Of a stretch of 64,000 nucleotides of DNA, positions 19,451 through 29,213 are shown one piece after another. Origin of the DNA: Candidatus Micrarchaeota archaeon (GTDB lineage: Archaea > Micrarchaeota > Micrarchaeia > Anstonellales > J096); contig WAMF01000003.1 in assembly GCA_015522475.1 (NCBI GenBank), forward strand, positions 33,043-97,042. The letters run 5' to 3'. How positions within the stretch are numbered: position 1 is the first letter of the stretch; each line of letters begins with the position of its first letter. A model generated the notes under the pieces. The model was not told where the DNA came from, did no database searches, and saw nothing but the letters and a program-made list of their open reading frames with translations. Position numbers and translations under genes: made by a program.

Positions 19451-20023
19451 TCAGGCTGTCTCTTCAAAACTATCTACCTCGTACACATAAACGTTCGTCG
19501 AGGGATCCTTCCAACAAGTCGGCTCCATACCCGCCTTTAAGCAGAGCTGAGCCAAAAAGTCCTCTTTTGATGGTAGTTGTTCCCATACTTGGGGCAAGAA
19601 CGTAGCTCTATACAAGCCACGTTCTAAAATCACGCCATGTTTGCCAGGCTTAAGAAAGGCCAAAAGCTCTTCCCCCTGTTTATCGACGAGCTTTGGCAAG
19701 CTTAAGATAGAAATCTCTATTTTCACTCGAGGCAACTCTTCCTTGCTCAAAGGCCAAAATCGAGGGTCATTAAATGCAGCTGCATAGGCATTATCTATAA
19801 CTGCGCGCCACACAGCCTTTATGGGTTCTATGTAGCCTATACATCCTCTTAACTCGCCGCCTTCAGTCAGCGTAACAAACACACCGCGCTTTGCTTGCCA
19901 TACTTTTGGCACATCTACGGGATAAGGCAGCTCATCCCCCTTCAAGGCGTTCTCAATGGTCTGCCTCGCAAGACGAAGAAGCCACTTCTTATCCTTATCA
20001 GTATAAGCTTCATTCTGGGGCAT
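19451..20023 (-). CDS. AMMECR1 domain protein
   Basis: The LRGCIGYIEP signature and a length of about 190 aa are typical of AMMECR1. Confidence 0.8.
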   Translation of the reverse strand: MPQNEAYTDKDKKWLLRLARQTIENALKGDELPYPVDVPKVWQAKRGVFVTLTEGGELRGCIGYIEPIKAVWRAVIDNAYAAAFNDPRFWPLSKEELPRVKIEISILSLPKLVDKQGEELLAFLKPGKHGVILERGLYRATFLPQVWEQLPSKEDFLAQLCLKAGMEPTCWKDPSTNVYVYEVDSFEETA

Positions 20024-20146
20024 AGCTTAAGATGAGCGCATAAGCATTTAAAAGCATCTAAGCTGCTGCTGAACTGACTGCTACTAATTCTTGAAATTTC
20101 AACTAGCTGCACAACCCCGCACCCTCAATCAAATACTAGATACTAT

Positions 20147-20626
20147 TTAGAAGGTGCTTCGATAAAACGAAAACTTTTTCCATGCTTTCTTTTTGCACAA
20201 CATCTTTTTGAGTTTAAAGTAGACAAACTCCTCGTCTCTTTGCACAACTTCTACAATAACATCGCCCGACTTCATATCTACGGAAGGGTCGTCAAGATTT
20301 GCTTGGTTAAGAAGAGCTAAAGCAAACAAACTTACATCCGAAGCAACGTTTGAACTTTCAAACTCCTCTAAAGATGTTATTGGCTTTGCCGTCGCCATTT
20401 TTTGAGAACGAATATTATTTTCAGACTCTGGTTTCCATCTGGTGAAGAGCTTGTGCCTATCACTTATTTTAAGGGCCCAAGGGGCCGCTGTAGTGAGAGG
20501 GCTTTTATTTAGGCCTTCTATTCTGTTTACTACTCTATTTACTAACTTACTTGGCTCTGGCCCCCTCTTTTCCTTAATAGCATTACCTTGATCTGCGCTT
20601 CTGTTTCTAATCATGTTATCTGCCAT
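20147..20626 (-). CDS. hypothetical protein
   Basis: 159-aa ORF with a TATA-like TTTAAAAG upstream. No motif recognised. Confidence 0.45.
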   Translation of the reverse strand: MADNMIRNRSADQGNAIKEKRGPEPSKLVNRVVNRIEGLNKSPLTTAAPWALKISDRHKLFTRWKPESENNIRSQKMATAKPITSLEEFESSNVASDVSLFALALLNQANLDDPSVDMKSGDVIVEVVQRDEEFVYFKLKKMLCKKKAWKKFSFYRSTF

Positions 20627-20876
20627 AGGCAGGCATTGTGTTAGAAAGTGTTTAAAAGCCTTTGGGCAAACAGGCGAACTAGTCGTAACTAGTAGTCATT
20701 TCTAAGATTTAATTTATGGTGCATATTTACAATTACAATTTATAGTGTAATCCATACTACACCTCTAATCTAGCCATTCATCTCTGTTTGTTCTGAATGC
20801 CGCGAACATTATGTTGTCGTTGTGGCGTATTAATTCTATTGGTAATTAATAACAGCTAATTTATGCCATTTATATC

Positions 20877-21125
20877 ATGCCCCTTTACAATCTGCCGCAG
20901 AGCGCACATTTAAAAAATGTCGGGCACATGGCAGTGAATGGTGAAAACATGGTTGTTGTAGAGTTTGACGAATACAAAGGCAACAAGCTCATCGTGCTCA
21001 AGCGCGATGAAAACGATAAGTATCCTTTCAAGTTTGGCCTTGGGAAGGCAAGGCTCATAGTAGAAGCTTGTGAGGATATAAAGAAGTTTGTAGATGAGAG
21101 CGAGAGTGGAGTTGAAGGCCTCTAA
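20877..21125 (+). CDS. hypothetical small protein (weak resemblance to PC4/YdbC-like ssDNA-binding fold)
   Basis: 82-aa ORF. The pattern EFDEYKGNKLIVLKR...FKFGLGKARLIVEACEDIKKFV is only loosely PC4-like. The start may be the internal Met at 20928. Confidence 0.4.
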   Translation: MPLYNLPQSAHLKNVGHMAVNGENMVVVEFDEYKGNKLIVLKRDENDKYPFKFGLGKARLIVEACEDIKKFVDESESGVEGL

Positions 21126-21267
21126 AGACAAAAACAGGAGTCAGGAGTCAAAGGAGGAAGAGTAGAAGATAGTGTAAGCTTGTAAGCTCTGACCTCCCGT
21201 AGGCTCCCATTGAAGCTTATAAGCAGGGCAATTTTAGCTCCGCTTTTTGCCTCTCTTTGTTTTCTTT

Positions 21268-22560
21268 TTATTTGCCTTTTTGTTTTAACTCGTCAAGAAG
21301 TCTCTTTACGCGCTCCATGGTTATGCGTTCACCTTTTTCAAGAAGCTGTTCTGCTTTATTGGCTATGTTGTTCGCTTCTTCTGGCGTGGCGCCCAGTGAG
21401 AGAGCTAGGGTGCGCGCATGAAGCTTCATATGCCCTCTTTGAATGCCTGTTGTCGAAAGCGCGTATATGGCTGCAAAGTTATTTGCTAGGCCTATAGCTG
21501 CAATGATCTGAGCCAACGTGGCTGCATCCGGGTTGCCAAGAAGAGCTAAGCTAGCTTGTGCATGCGAGAGAACCTTTATGGCGCCGCCAACTGTGCCTAC
21601 AGCTATTGGCACATCTATACTGCCTTTTAAACCTACATACTGGCCATGCTCCTCTGCAATCTCAAAGTGTGTGAAGGGCTTGCCTCCTTTGTACAAGCTG
21701 TATGTATGTGCAGCAGCTTCTATAGCACGCCAATCCTGACCTGTAGCTAAAGCCGCTGCATCCATGCCGTTCATAACGCCTTTGCTGTGCGTGGCTAAGC
21801 GGAAGATGTCGTTTACAGCTAATTCGTAACCGTCGAGGAATCGCTCAGCCTCTTCCCTGCTGATATGGAAGAGCGCTTCTACTTTAACACGTCGTTTTAT
21901 AGAGAGGTTTGTGAGTATGCGGAGCCTTGCCTCCCCGCCTGTGATTTCCTCTAGAAGAGGTGCTAAACCCTCTGCTACTGTATTTACTGTGTTTGCTCCC
22001 ATAGCAGAGGCTGTGTTTACGTCGAACACAAATAAAAGATAGTTCGCCCTTTTTGTCTCGAGGCGGCGGAGCTCAAAACCGCGCCAGCCGCCGCCGTACT
22101 TCTCCATATTCTTTGTTAGCTCTTTAGCTAGGCGCTCAATATCGTGCTGCCTTGCTTTGACTGCTTTGACTGCTTTATCTAAATCATCGACAACTAGTTG
22201 TATCTCACCCTGCATTATGGGCTCTGTTGCACTAGCCTTAAAACCCTCTGGCAGCGTGAGCTTGCTTGCTTTGTTAGCCGCTGCTATAACAGAGGGCTCC
22301 TCTATCATCATGGGTACGATGTAGTGCTTGCCGTTGAGCTTAAACGTCGTTACCAACCCTATGGGCAACGTCCCTATTCCCACGACATTTTCCACCATAG
22401 CATCCGCTTTGTCCAAAGAAAGCGGCGAGTAAAGCTTCTCGACCACGTCGTTGCCAAAAACTTTGGCTAAGACTTCCCTTCTTTCTTCCACGCTCTTTTT
22501 GTAGAATTTGTCAAAAAGCTCATACGGAATAGTCTTTTCCTCTTTTTCCTCATCGACCAT
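21268..22560 (-). CDS. hmgA: hydroxymethylglutaryl-CoA reductase, class II
   Basis: ENVVGIGTLPIGL, IEEPSVIAAANKASK and SAMGANTVNT. The length of about 430 aa with no membrane domain fits class II. Confidence 0.85.
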   Translation of the reverse strand: MVDEEKEEKTIPYELFDKFYKKSVEERREVLAKVFGNDVVEKLYSPLSLDKADAMVENVVGIGTLPIGLVTTFKLNGKHYIVPMMIEEPSVIAAANKASKLTLPEGFKASATEPIMQGEIQLVVDDLDKAVKAVKARQHDIERLAKELTKNMEKYGGGWRGFELRRLETKRANYLLFVFDVNTASAMGANTVNTVAEGLAPLLEEITGGEARLRILTNLSIKRRVKVEALFHISREEAERFLDGYELAVNDIFRLATHSKGVMNGMDAAALATGQDWRAIEAAAHTYSLYKGGKPFTHFEIAEEHGQYVGLKGSIDVPIAVGTVGGAIKVLSHAQASLALLGNPDAATLAQIIAAIGLANNFAAIYALSTTGIQRGHMKLHARTLALSLGATPEEANNIANKAEQLLEKGERITMERVKRLLDELKQKGK

Positions 22561-22671
22561 TTTAATACCTCTTTCTACCTTTTTTGCTTCCTTCTGCTTC
22601 TCTCAACCTCTTCCCTATCCATACCTTGCCTTCAACTTAACAAGCCCTACCTTGCTAAGTTAATCACTAAG

Positions 22672-23091
22672 TTAATCGAAGGCATGTTCTACTTGGCCAA
22701 TCTCTTCCAAGACCTTCTTAAGCCTTTCGCTATAGGCTTTGCTTATTATCGTAGATAGGGTTGTTTCGACGCCATCTCCTAGTATGTAACCATTGCCTTT
22801 CTTTGAGACGAGGCCAAGGTCTTTGAGCCTCTTTATATGATAATAGACGGTTTTCTCACTCATGCGGGGCTCGACTTTGTGGGCTATCTCCTCTATAGAA
22901 AGAGGCAGACCCATCTTAAGCCCGTCTACAAGCACGCCGAATACAGATACAATGCCTTGCCTGCTATCCTTCGGCGAGATTAGGCCTATAGAAAGCGCCA
23001 GCCACTTAAGGGCTTTCTCTCTAGACAACTTTACTTCTGTGGGCAAAGCAAGCTCTCTAAAACAGATCTCCGCCTTTATAAGCTCGTCCAT
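22672..23091 (-). CDS. winged-helix transcriptional regulator
   Basis: MSEKTVYYHIKRLKDLGLVSKKGNGYIL is a typical ArsR/TrmB-like recognition helix plus wing. Confidence 0.6.
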   Translation of the reverse strand: MDELIKAEICFRELALPTEVKLSREKALKWLALSIGLISPKDSRQGIVSVFGVLVDGLKMGLPLSIEEIAHKVEPRMSEKTVYYHIKRLKDLGLVSKKGNGYILGDGVETTLSTIISKAYSERLKKVLEEIGQVEHAFD

Positions 23092-23226
23092 GTTCTAAGA
23101 GTCTGTTGGAAAGGTTTTAATAGCATAGGGTAAAACGCGTGCTTGGCTTGGCTTCTCTTTGGCTTCCTCGCCTCTCTTCCAACACCTTATAGAAAAGAGG
23201 GTAAAAAGGAGGTCAAAATGAGCCCC

Positions 23227-24369
23227 TTAGCCTAAAGGAATCTCTTTGACCTGCTTTTCGCTTTGTGCTGAGCCCTCCTTGCTTTCATTAGAGTTGTTAG
23301 ACGTTGTTGGAAAAGCCGTGCCGCTCGTTTGAGATGAAACGCTGCTTGCCTCGCTAGCATTCATCCACGACATGATAAACCCATCTATTTTTTCCTTCCA
23401 CAGCTCAAAAGAGCCAACGGAGAGGTTTGTTGAATTGGGCAAAGTGGATGTCTCGTTGCACACAGCTTGCAAAGACGCCAAGGAAGGCTCTGGATAAAAT
23501 GTGCTTAGCCGTCTGCACACATACTTACTTGATCCTTTTCCTTCTTCGCCTTTTTCTTCAGTTGAGTTGGCTGAGCTTTGATTCTGAGTACACAGCACAG
23601 CAAAAGCTCTCTTGCCAGCATAGAGGACTTCTAAGCGCGATGGTTGCAATGGGCTCTCGTTTACAGCATTCACAACCGGCTGCATGCCTTCCTGTGAAGA
23701 CGAAAGAGGATATGCAAAGTATGTGACAGTCAGCAGCGTCATGTTATCCATGTTATGTAAGCAAGCCTCGTTTGTGTCATTGGTTGTTCTATCGACCAAA
23801 GCAGAAGCATTGCTCCAGCTGTCCCAGCTAAATGTATGGAGTTCTACACGCGAACCGTTGCACAAAAACGCGTAAAACCCTAGGTGCGGCAATTGAGCAG
23901 GAGATGCGTTGGCATAGCTGCCAGCAGCATCGAGGCATCTCTTTAGACTTAAGAGGAAAGATGCGGGTGTCGCCGATGTAGCTGCTGGGGTCGTCGAGGC
24001 ATTTGAGAGATTAGAGCTGTTTGAGCTACTGCTTGAGTTATTTGCGCTGCCTATGTAAACAAGCTCTCCAGATTCGTTGTCCTCTTCGTAGTAGTAAAGC
24101 TTACCATCTATAACGACCGTCGTGTTTATGCTCTCATTCTCGCTGCTTGCGAGCTTTGTTGGTTCGCCGCTGCCCGAGGCATTGTATGTGGCGGCATGTG
24201 GAACATGATAAATGGTGTTCGACGTGGATTTGAGCTTAGCTGAGCCTGCTGACGTTGAGCCGTTATTTTGACTTTGAAAAATGCAGCCTGTCATGAAGAA
24301 GAGTAAAAGTAGACTAAGGAATATAAAGCCAAAAGCCTTGTTGAAACGCCTATTGAAACGCTCCTTCAT
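23227..24369 (-). CDS. secreted Ser/Asn-rich protein with lipobox-like signal and many N-glycosylation sequons
   Basis: Start moved to MKERFNRRF. Signal FIFLSLLLLFFMTGC. Runs such as NNSSSSSNSSNLSNAST and many N-x-S/T sites. Confidence 0.6.
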   Translation of the reverse strand: MKERFNRRFNKAFGFIFLSLLLLFFMTGCIFQSQNNGSTSAGSAKLKSTSNTIYHVPHAATYNASGSGEPTKLASSENESINTTVVIDGKLYYYEEDNESGELVYIGSANNSSSSSNSSNLSNASTTPAATSATPASFLLSLKRCLDAAGSYANASPAQLPHLGFYAFLCNGSRVELHTFSWDSWSNASALVDRTTNDTNEACLHNMDNMTLLTVTYFAYPLSSSQEGMQPVVNAVNESPLQPSRLEVLYAGKRAFAVLCTQNQSSANSTEEKGEEGKGSSKYVCRRLSTFYPEPSLASLQAVCNETSTLPNSTNLSVGSFELWKEKIDGFIMSWMNASEASSVSSQTSGTAFPTTSNNSNESKEGSAQSEKQVKEIPLG

Positions 24370-24392
24370 CGTTTCATCATCCATTACTACCA

Positions 24393-25790
24393 TTACTGCC
24401 AATACCTTGCTTTGTAAACACATGCTTTATATGCAACCGTCTTCGTCTGGCCGGGCGCTAGAGTAAAGCTCGTCTGCCAATGCTTAACTGTGTTGCCGTC
24501 CACGACGAAATAGGATTGAGAAGAAGCCCCTAATTTAACAAGCACGGGTTCTGTGTACTTACCGACGTTCCTAACTTCTACGCGCACGTCGCAGACCTCA
24601 TAACTACCTTTGCCATCAGAGGCCGCTTCCTTTTTAACAAACGTAGACTTCAACGAATAAAGCACCTTCATGCTCTGGCCAACGTTTAGCATGCGAGATT
24701 CATTAATTGCTAGAGTTGGGAGTTGAGCGTATGCCTCAACAAGGCCATCCCTAAGAATAAGGAGCTGGCCTGTAGGCAGAGGGCTAGTTGCACTTATATT
24801 TAAGTAGAGAGCTGCCCTTCCTGAAGAGGGGCTGTCGCTGCTGTAAGGCGAGAAATCCAGCTCGTTTATAAGTGTGGTTTTTGGCTTCTCTATAGCGAGG
24901 GGCAACATAAGGGTTGTCTCGTTCACATAGAGCTCGCCCAGATCAAAAAAGTACGTCGTGGAAGCCTCTTGTGAAACAGGCAGTTCTTGTACGCCTTCTG
25001 TGTTTCCCACCTTTTCCATAGGAGCCGCGCCAACCATGCCAAGAGGATAATACCTATTGAAAGAAGGGAGTGTAATGCCGCCGTATGCAAGCACCGCTCT
25101 ATACAACTTGCCCTTCAGAGCCTCTGGCAGTGTAAGCTTCGCCTCTGCATAAAAGGCTTGAGTGTCGCGATTGAGTGTATAGAGAGCTGCCCACCCACCA
25201 TTGAAAAAGGAATAGGCAAGGGCCTTTTCATTGCCGCCTTTGTTTGCCTCCTTGACATAAAAACACGGCTTGCCCTGCTCAGAAAGTTGTTCTGCAGAGG
25301 CTAGCATGTCTTTCCTGAATATGTATGTCTTGTTGTCTCGTGTCTTTATCTTCACAAAGTCGCCCAAAGTAAGCTCACCCACAAAAGAGCTACCGTTTGT
25401 TAGTGTTACGCGGTATTGAGCTTTGCCACCTGCTTTGTTAAAGCCGCTCACATAGCCCTCGAAGAAACGTTGCACAAGGCTATTGCCATTGGGCAAGCAA
25501 CGCCCCTCAGCAAGGGGCGAGATAAGCAAGGCTGAGCCAGCTGAACCCTGCGTGCTTGTATAGAGTATGAGCGTATCTTGCTGAGCAGAGACATTGTGCA
25601 AATCAAGGCTGAGCTCGCCGTTGTGCGAGAGAACTGTATTCTTAGCTCCTGCGTTGGAAGTGAGGCCGTTGAGAAAGCCTGCTTGCCCCAAGCCAGTTTG
25701 GCCTTGGGCTTGGTTCTGGGAAACGCAACCCGCCAAAAATAGCGCTATTAATAAAACACCGACGATAGACAAACGCATGTTAAGACGCAT
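24393..25790 (-). CDS. secreted protein with classical lipobox-like signal peptide
   Basis: Internal start MRLNMRLSIVGVLLIALFLAGCVSQNQ. The 85-aa upstream extension in the ORF track overlaps the lonB start region and looks spurious. Confidence 0.6.
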   Translation of the reverse strand: MRLNMRLSIVGVLLIALFLAGCVSQNQAQGQTGLGQAGFLNGLTSNAGAKNTVLSHNGELSLDLHNVSAQQDTLILYTSTQGSAGSALLISPLAEGRCLPNGNSLVQRFFEGYVSGFNKAGGKAQYRVTLTNGSSFVGELTLGDFVKIKTRDNKTYIFRKDMLASAEQLSEQGKPCFYVKEANKGGNEKALAYSFFNGGWAALYTLNRDTQAFYAEAKLTLPEALKGKLYRAVLAYGGITLPSFNRYYPLGMVGAAPMEKVGNTEGVQELPVSQEASTTYFFDLGELYVNETTLMLPLAIEKPKTTLINELDFSPYSSDSPSSGRAALYLNISATSPLPTGQLLILRDGLVEAYAQLPTLAINESRMLNVGQSMKVLYSLKSTFVKKEAASDGKGSYEVCDVRVEVRNVGKYTEPVLVKLGASSQSYFVVDGNTVKHWQTSFTLAPGQTKTVAYKACVYKARYWQ

Positions 25791-25865
25791 GTTGACACCT
25801 GAAGAAGAAGGGGCTGACAAGCTTATAAACTTAACGCCAGAATGTTGAGCCGTGAGGCAGTAAGC

Positions 25866-27869
25866 ATGGATAGGAAAGCTTCTTTTGACTTCAAAACAAC
25901 AGAAGAGATTGAAGTGCCGGCGAGGCTTATAGACCAAGTCATAGGCCAAGACGAGGCTGTAGACACAATAAAGCTGGCGGCGCAGCAAAAAAGGCACGTG
26001 CTTCTTATAGGGCCGCCGGGCACGGGTAAGAGCATGCTGGCTCAAGCCATGGCTGAGATCTTGCCTATAAAAGAGCTAGACGACATCTTAGTTTATCCAA
26101 ACCCCGTCATGGAAAACGAGCCCCTCGTAAAAGCTGTGCCGACATATCCAACAAGAGAGTTCTTCCAAAAACACATCGAGTTCATACGGCTATACAAAAA
26201 GGACGAGCTCATGAAGATCTTCGAAGGGAAACTTTCTGTAAAGGACGCTGTAAAGTACTTGAAGGACGGGCTCGGCAGACGCATTGTGATGTATAAAGCA
26301 CCAACTCCTCTTCAAAACAAGCCACACATTTCACCCATGCTGTACTTGGGCCTCTTCGCTGTTCTCGGCATTCTGCTCTTCTTCTTGCCTATAAGTGAGG
26401 CTACACGTTGGTACTTCACGGGTTTGGCCTTTGGCTTAGGTATATTGTACTTGCTATATCTATTCATAAGTTTGGGTGGAAGAGCCCAAGCAGCCATGCA
26501 ACAAAATCAGATGAAGCCCAAACTCATCGTAGACAATACGGGCAAGACACGCGCGCCTTTTATAGACGCGACAGGCGCCAAAGCTGGCGCGCTTCTAGGA
26601 GATGTTAAGCATGACCCCTTGCAAAGTGGCGGCTTAGGCACGCCGGCCCATCTGCGCGTAGAAGCAGGAGCCATACACAAAGCCAACAACGGCGTTCTAT
26701 TCATAGACGAGATAGCCAGCTTAAAGCTCAATTGGCAGCAAGAACTTCTAACAGCTATGCAGGAAAAGAAGTACAGCATAACGGGGCAAAGCGAGCTGAG
26801 CAGCGGAGCCCTTGTTAAAACGAAGCCTGTGCCTTCAGACTTCGTCTTAGTAGCTGCTGGCAATGAGGAAGATTTGACAAAGCTTCATCCAGCGTTAAGG
26901 AGCAGAATACGTGGTAATGGATACGAGGTTTATATGAACACTGTAATGGACGACACAGAAGAAAATAGGGCTAAGCTCGTCCAATTTGTAGCACAAGAAG
27001 TGAAGAAAGACGGCAAAATCCCTCATTTCACAAAAGCAGCTGTTCTGCAGATTATAGAGGAAGCGAAGCGCATGGCAGGAAGAAAGGGCAAGCTCACGCT
27101 AAATTTAAGAGAGCTCGGTGGTCTTATAAGGGCAGCAGGCGATATAGCGAGGAGGGAAAACGCCAGTTATGTCGAGCCCAGTCATATAAAGAAAGCAAAG
27201 AAGAAAGCCCGCCCCCTCGAATGGCAAATAGCAGATAGGTATGCAGAGCGTAAAAAGGAGTACCAAGTCATACTGACGAAAGGCTACAAAGTAGGAAGAG
27301 TCAATGGATTGGCCGTCTTAGGTAGCTCGAATAAAGGTATAGCCCTTCCTATAGTAGCTGAAGTGACACCGTCTGCAAGTGAAGTCGAAGGCAAGATTAT
27401 AGCAACGGGTAAGCTCGGCGATATAGCTAAAGAAGCAGTCCAAAACATCTCGGCAGTCATAAAGAAGGCTCTGGGCGCAAACATAGCAAAGAACGACATA
27501 CATATTCAATTTCTCCAAACATACGAGGGTGTAGAAGGAGACAGCGCCAGCATAAGCATAGCCGTGGCTGTCATATCTGCATTCACAGACGTACCTATAA
27601 GGCAAGATGTTGCTATGACAGGCTCTCTAGACGTGAGAGGCGAGGTGTTACCAGTCGGTGGTGTAAACGCCAAAATCGAGGCGGCTATCGACTTGGGCCT
27701 TAAAGAGGTTATCATTCCAGAAAAGAACGCCAAAGACGTCAGCGAGGCCTTGAAGAAGAAAATAAAAGTACATACGGCTAAAACCATCGATGAAGTTCTA
27801 GAAGTCGCGCTCAAGAACAGCAAGAAGAAAAAAGAAATTGTTAAGAGGTTCAAACGGGCTGAGAGATAA
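25866..27869 (+). CDS. lonB: archaeal membrane-bound Lon protease (LonB)
   Basis: [12 protein letters not shown]...[15 protein letters not shown] (Walker A), two TM helices inserted in the AAA+ module, and protease Ser in [11 protein letters not shown] with Lys in [10 protein letters not shown]. Confidence 0.9.
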   Translation: MDRKASFDFKTTEEIEVPARLIDQVIGQDEAVDTIKLAAQQKRHVLLIGPPGTGKSMLAQAMAEILPIKELDDILVYPNPVMENEPLVKAVPTYPTREFFQKHIEFIRLYKKDELMKIFEGKLSVKDAVKYLKDGLGRRIVMYKAPTPLQNKPHISPMLYLGLFAVLGILLFFLPISEATRWYFTGLAFGLGILYLLYLFISLGGRAQAAMQQNQMKPKLIVDNTGKTRAPFIDATGAKAGALLGDVKHDPLQSGGLGTPAHLRVEAGAIHKANNGVLFIDEIASLKLNWQQELLTAMQEKKYSITGQSELSSGALVKTKPVPSDFVLVAAGNEEDLTKLHPALRSRIRGNGYEVYMNTVMDDTEENRAKLVQFVAQEVKKDGKIPHFTKAAVLQIIEEAKRMAGRKGKLTLNLRELGGLIRAAGDIARRENASYVEPSHIKKAKKKARPLEWQIADRYAERKKEYQVILTKGYKVGRVNGLAVLGSSNKGIALPIVAEVTPSASEVEGKIIATGKLGDIAKEAVQNISAVIKKALGANIAKNDIHIQFLQTYEGVEGDSASISIAVAVISAFTDVPIRQDVAMTGSLDVRGEVLPVGGVNAKIEAAIDLGLKEVIIPEKNAKDVSEALKKKIKVHTAKTIDEVLEVALKNSKKKKEIVKRFKRAER

Positions 27870-27932
27870 AACAAGTGGCGAAAGAATAGGAAGAGTAAAA
27901 ATAGAAAAAAGAGGGTTGTGCTAAGCAAGCCT

Positions 27933-28109
27933 TTAGTGGTGCCATTTTTGGAACTCTTTAAACTTTCTAGCATCCCTTATTTCCTTGTCAAAATTAGCTT
28001 TGCCAGCTCCTCCCTTCTCATCACCATACCACTGCGCCCGTTTCTCTTCGCGTTTTTTTAGCCTGCGTATGCGGGAAGTGTTCTTTTTCCTATATTTGCC
28101 AATTGCCAT
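27933..28109 (-). CDS. small basic protein (58 aa), below the cutoff of the supplied ORF track
   Basis: ATG at 28109 to TAA at 27933 gives MAIGKYRKKNTSRIRRLKKREEKRAQWYGDEKGGAGKANFDKEIRDARKFKEFQKWHH. A TTTAAAAATA element lies about 25-30 nt upstream. Confidence 0.3.
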   Translation of the reverse strand: MAIGKYRKKNTSRIRRLKKREEKRAQWYGDEKGGAGKANFDKEIRDARKFKEFQKWHH

Positions 28110-28241
28110 AAGTGATAACTAAAGCAGAGAAGTGTTTAAAAATATATTCGGAAAGCACGAAGTTCTCTAAAGCTAGCTGAGAACAGCTAAAAGGATAAGG
28201 CAAAGGGTAAGAATAAAAACCCTTTGAAAGAAAAGGCTGGC

Positions 28242-28409
28242 ATGGGACTTAAAAAGAAGGTCATGCTTCCCACAGCTACAGCAGGCATCTTCGGAGGAGC
28301 TATAAAGGAGGAAGCTGAAAGTCTATTTATGATGGATCCCAAGCTCTTGTTAGGGGGAGCGGTTGTTATAGCCCTGCTTATAAAGCTCCTGCACCTCGTC
28401 GTGGGCTGA
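28242..28409 (+). CDS. preprotein translocase subunit Sec61beta-like
   Basis: Basic N-terminus, LPTATAGIFGG (compare SSAGLxRY), and a single C-terminal TM LLLGGAVVIALLIKLLHLV. Size is typical of archaeal Sec-beta. Confidence 0.5.
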   Translation: MGLKKKVMLPTATAGIFGGAIKEEAESLFMMDPKLLLGGAVVIALLIKLLHLVVG

Positions 28410-28443
28410 GTAGGCAGCCAAAACAGCAGGTGGAACTACGACT

Positions 28444-29199
28444 ATAGATGCGCACTGCCACGTGCAGGATTTTAAGAAAGAAGAGCAGGAGCGTATTCTG
28501 AAGCAGAGGGAAGTCATGCCCGTAATTGTAGGCTATAACAAAGAAGCGAATGAGAAAGCCTACGAGATCGCTAAGGAGCATCGCTTGCCTTATGTCCTTG
28601 GTATAGCCCCCCAGACAATTGTTGAGGAGGGCTTAGATAAGCTGGAGATGTGGAAGGAAGAGATAAGTGAAGCGAAGCCCTTTGCCATAGGCGAGATAGG
28701 CTTGGACTATAAATGGGGAAAAACAGAAGAGCAGAGAAAGGCTGAAAGGCAGGCCTTTGAAGAGCAGATGGAATTAGCTGAGAAGCTTCGTTTGCCCATT
28801 GTCATACATTGTAGGCAGTGTTGCGATGAGGTTGTCGAAGTTATAAAAGAGTTCGCATTCAAGGGCCGCGTCATGATGCATTCTTTTTCGTGCAAAGTAA
28901 AGCACGCTCATGCTCTCTTAGATTTCAACCCTCTCTTCAGCTTAAACACGTGGAAGAGCAAGGAGAAAAAAGCGCTAATAAAGGCATTTCCCATAGAATA
29001 CCTAGCTGTTGAAACGGATTCACCCTACATTGCAAGGACGCCTCTAGCCGTTAAGAGCGTCATAGAAGAAATAGCTGAGTTGAAGGCTATGCCAAAAGAA
29101 GACGTCGAAGCAAGAACAGCCGAGAACGTCGCTACCTTCCTCGGTATAGAGAAGCGCCTCGGCAGGGTTTGGGAGGAATATGGGATAAAATGGGAATAA
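28444..29199 (+). CDS. TatD-family metal-dependent hydrolase/DNase (start codon uncertain)
   Basis: IDAHCH (in frame, upstream of the first canonical start), GEIGLDY, PIVIHCR, HSF and ETDSPY. The start is provisionally placed on ATA at 28444. Confidence 0.7.
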   Translation: MDAHCHVQDFKKEEQERILKQREVMPVIVGYNKEANEKAYEIAKEHRLPYVLGIAPQTIVEEGLDKLEMWKEEISEAKPFAIGEIGLDYKWGKTEEQRKAERQAFEEQMELAEKLRLPIVIHCRQCCDEVVEVIKEFAFKGRVMMHSFSCKVKHAHALLDFNPLFSLNTWKSKEKKALIKAFPIEYLAVETDSPYIARTPLAVKSVIEEIAELKAMPKEDVEARTAENVATFLGIEKRLGRVWEEYGIKWE

Positions 29200-29213
29200 G
29201 GAAAGACTACCAT

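Noticed and set aside
25791-26045. 85-aa N-terminal extension of ORF 24393..26045
   Set aside because: The extension has no signal or domain character and overlaps the lonB start and promoter region. An internal Met immediately precedes a textbook signal peptide with lipobox.
27506-27973. 155-aa ORF on the minus strand overlapping the 3' end of lonB
   Set aside because: It is mostly antisense to lonB, with a repetitive Phe/Leu/Ser composition and no start context. The real small gene in the adjacent gap is the 58-aa ORF at 27933..28109.
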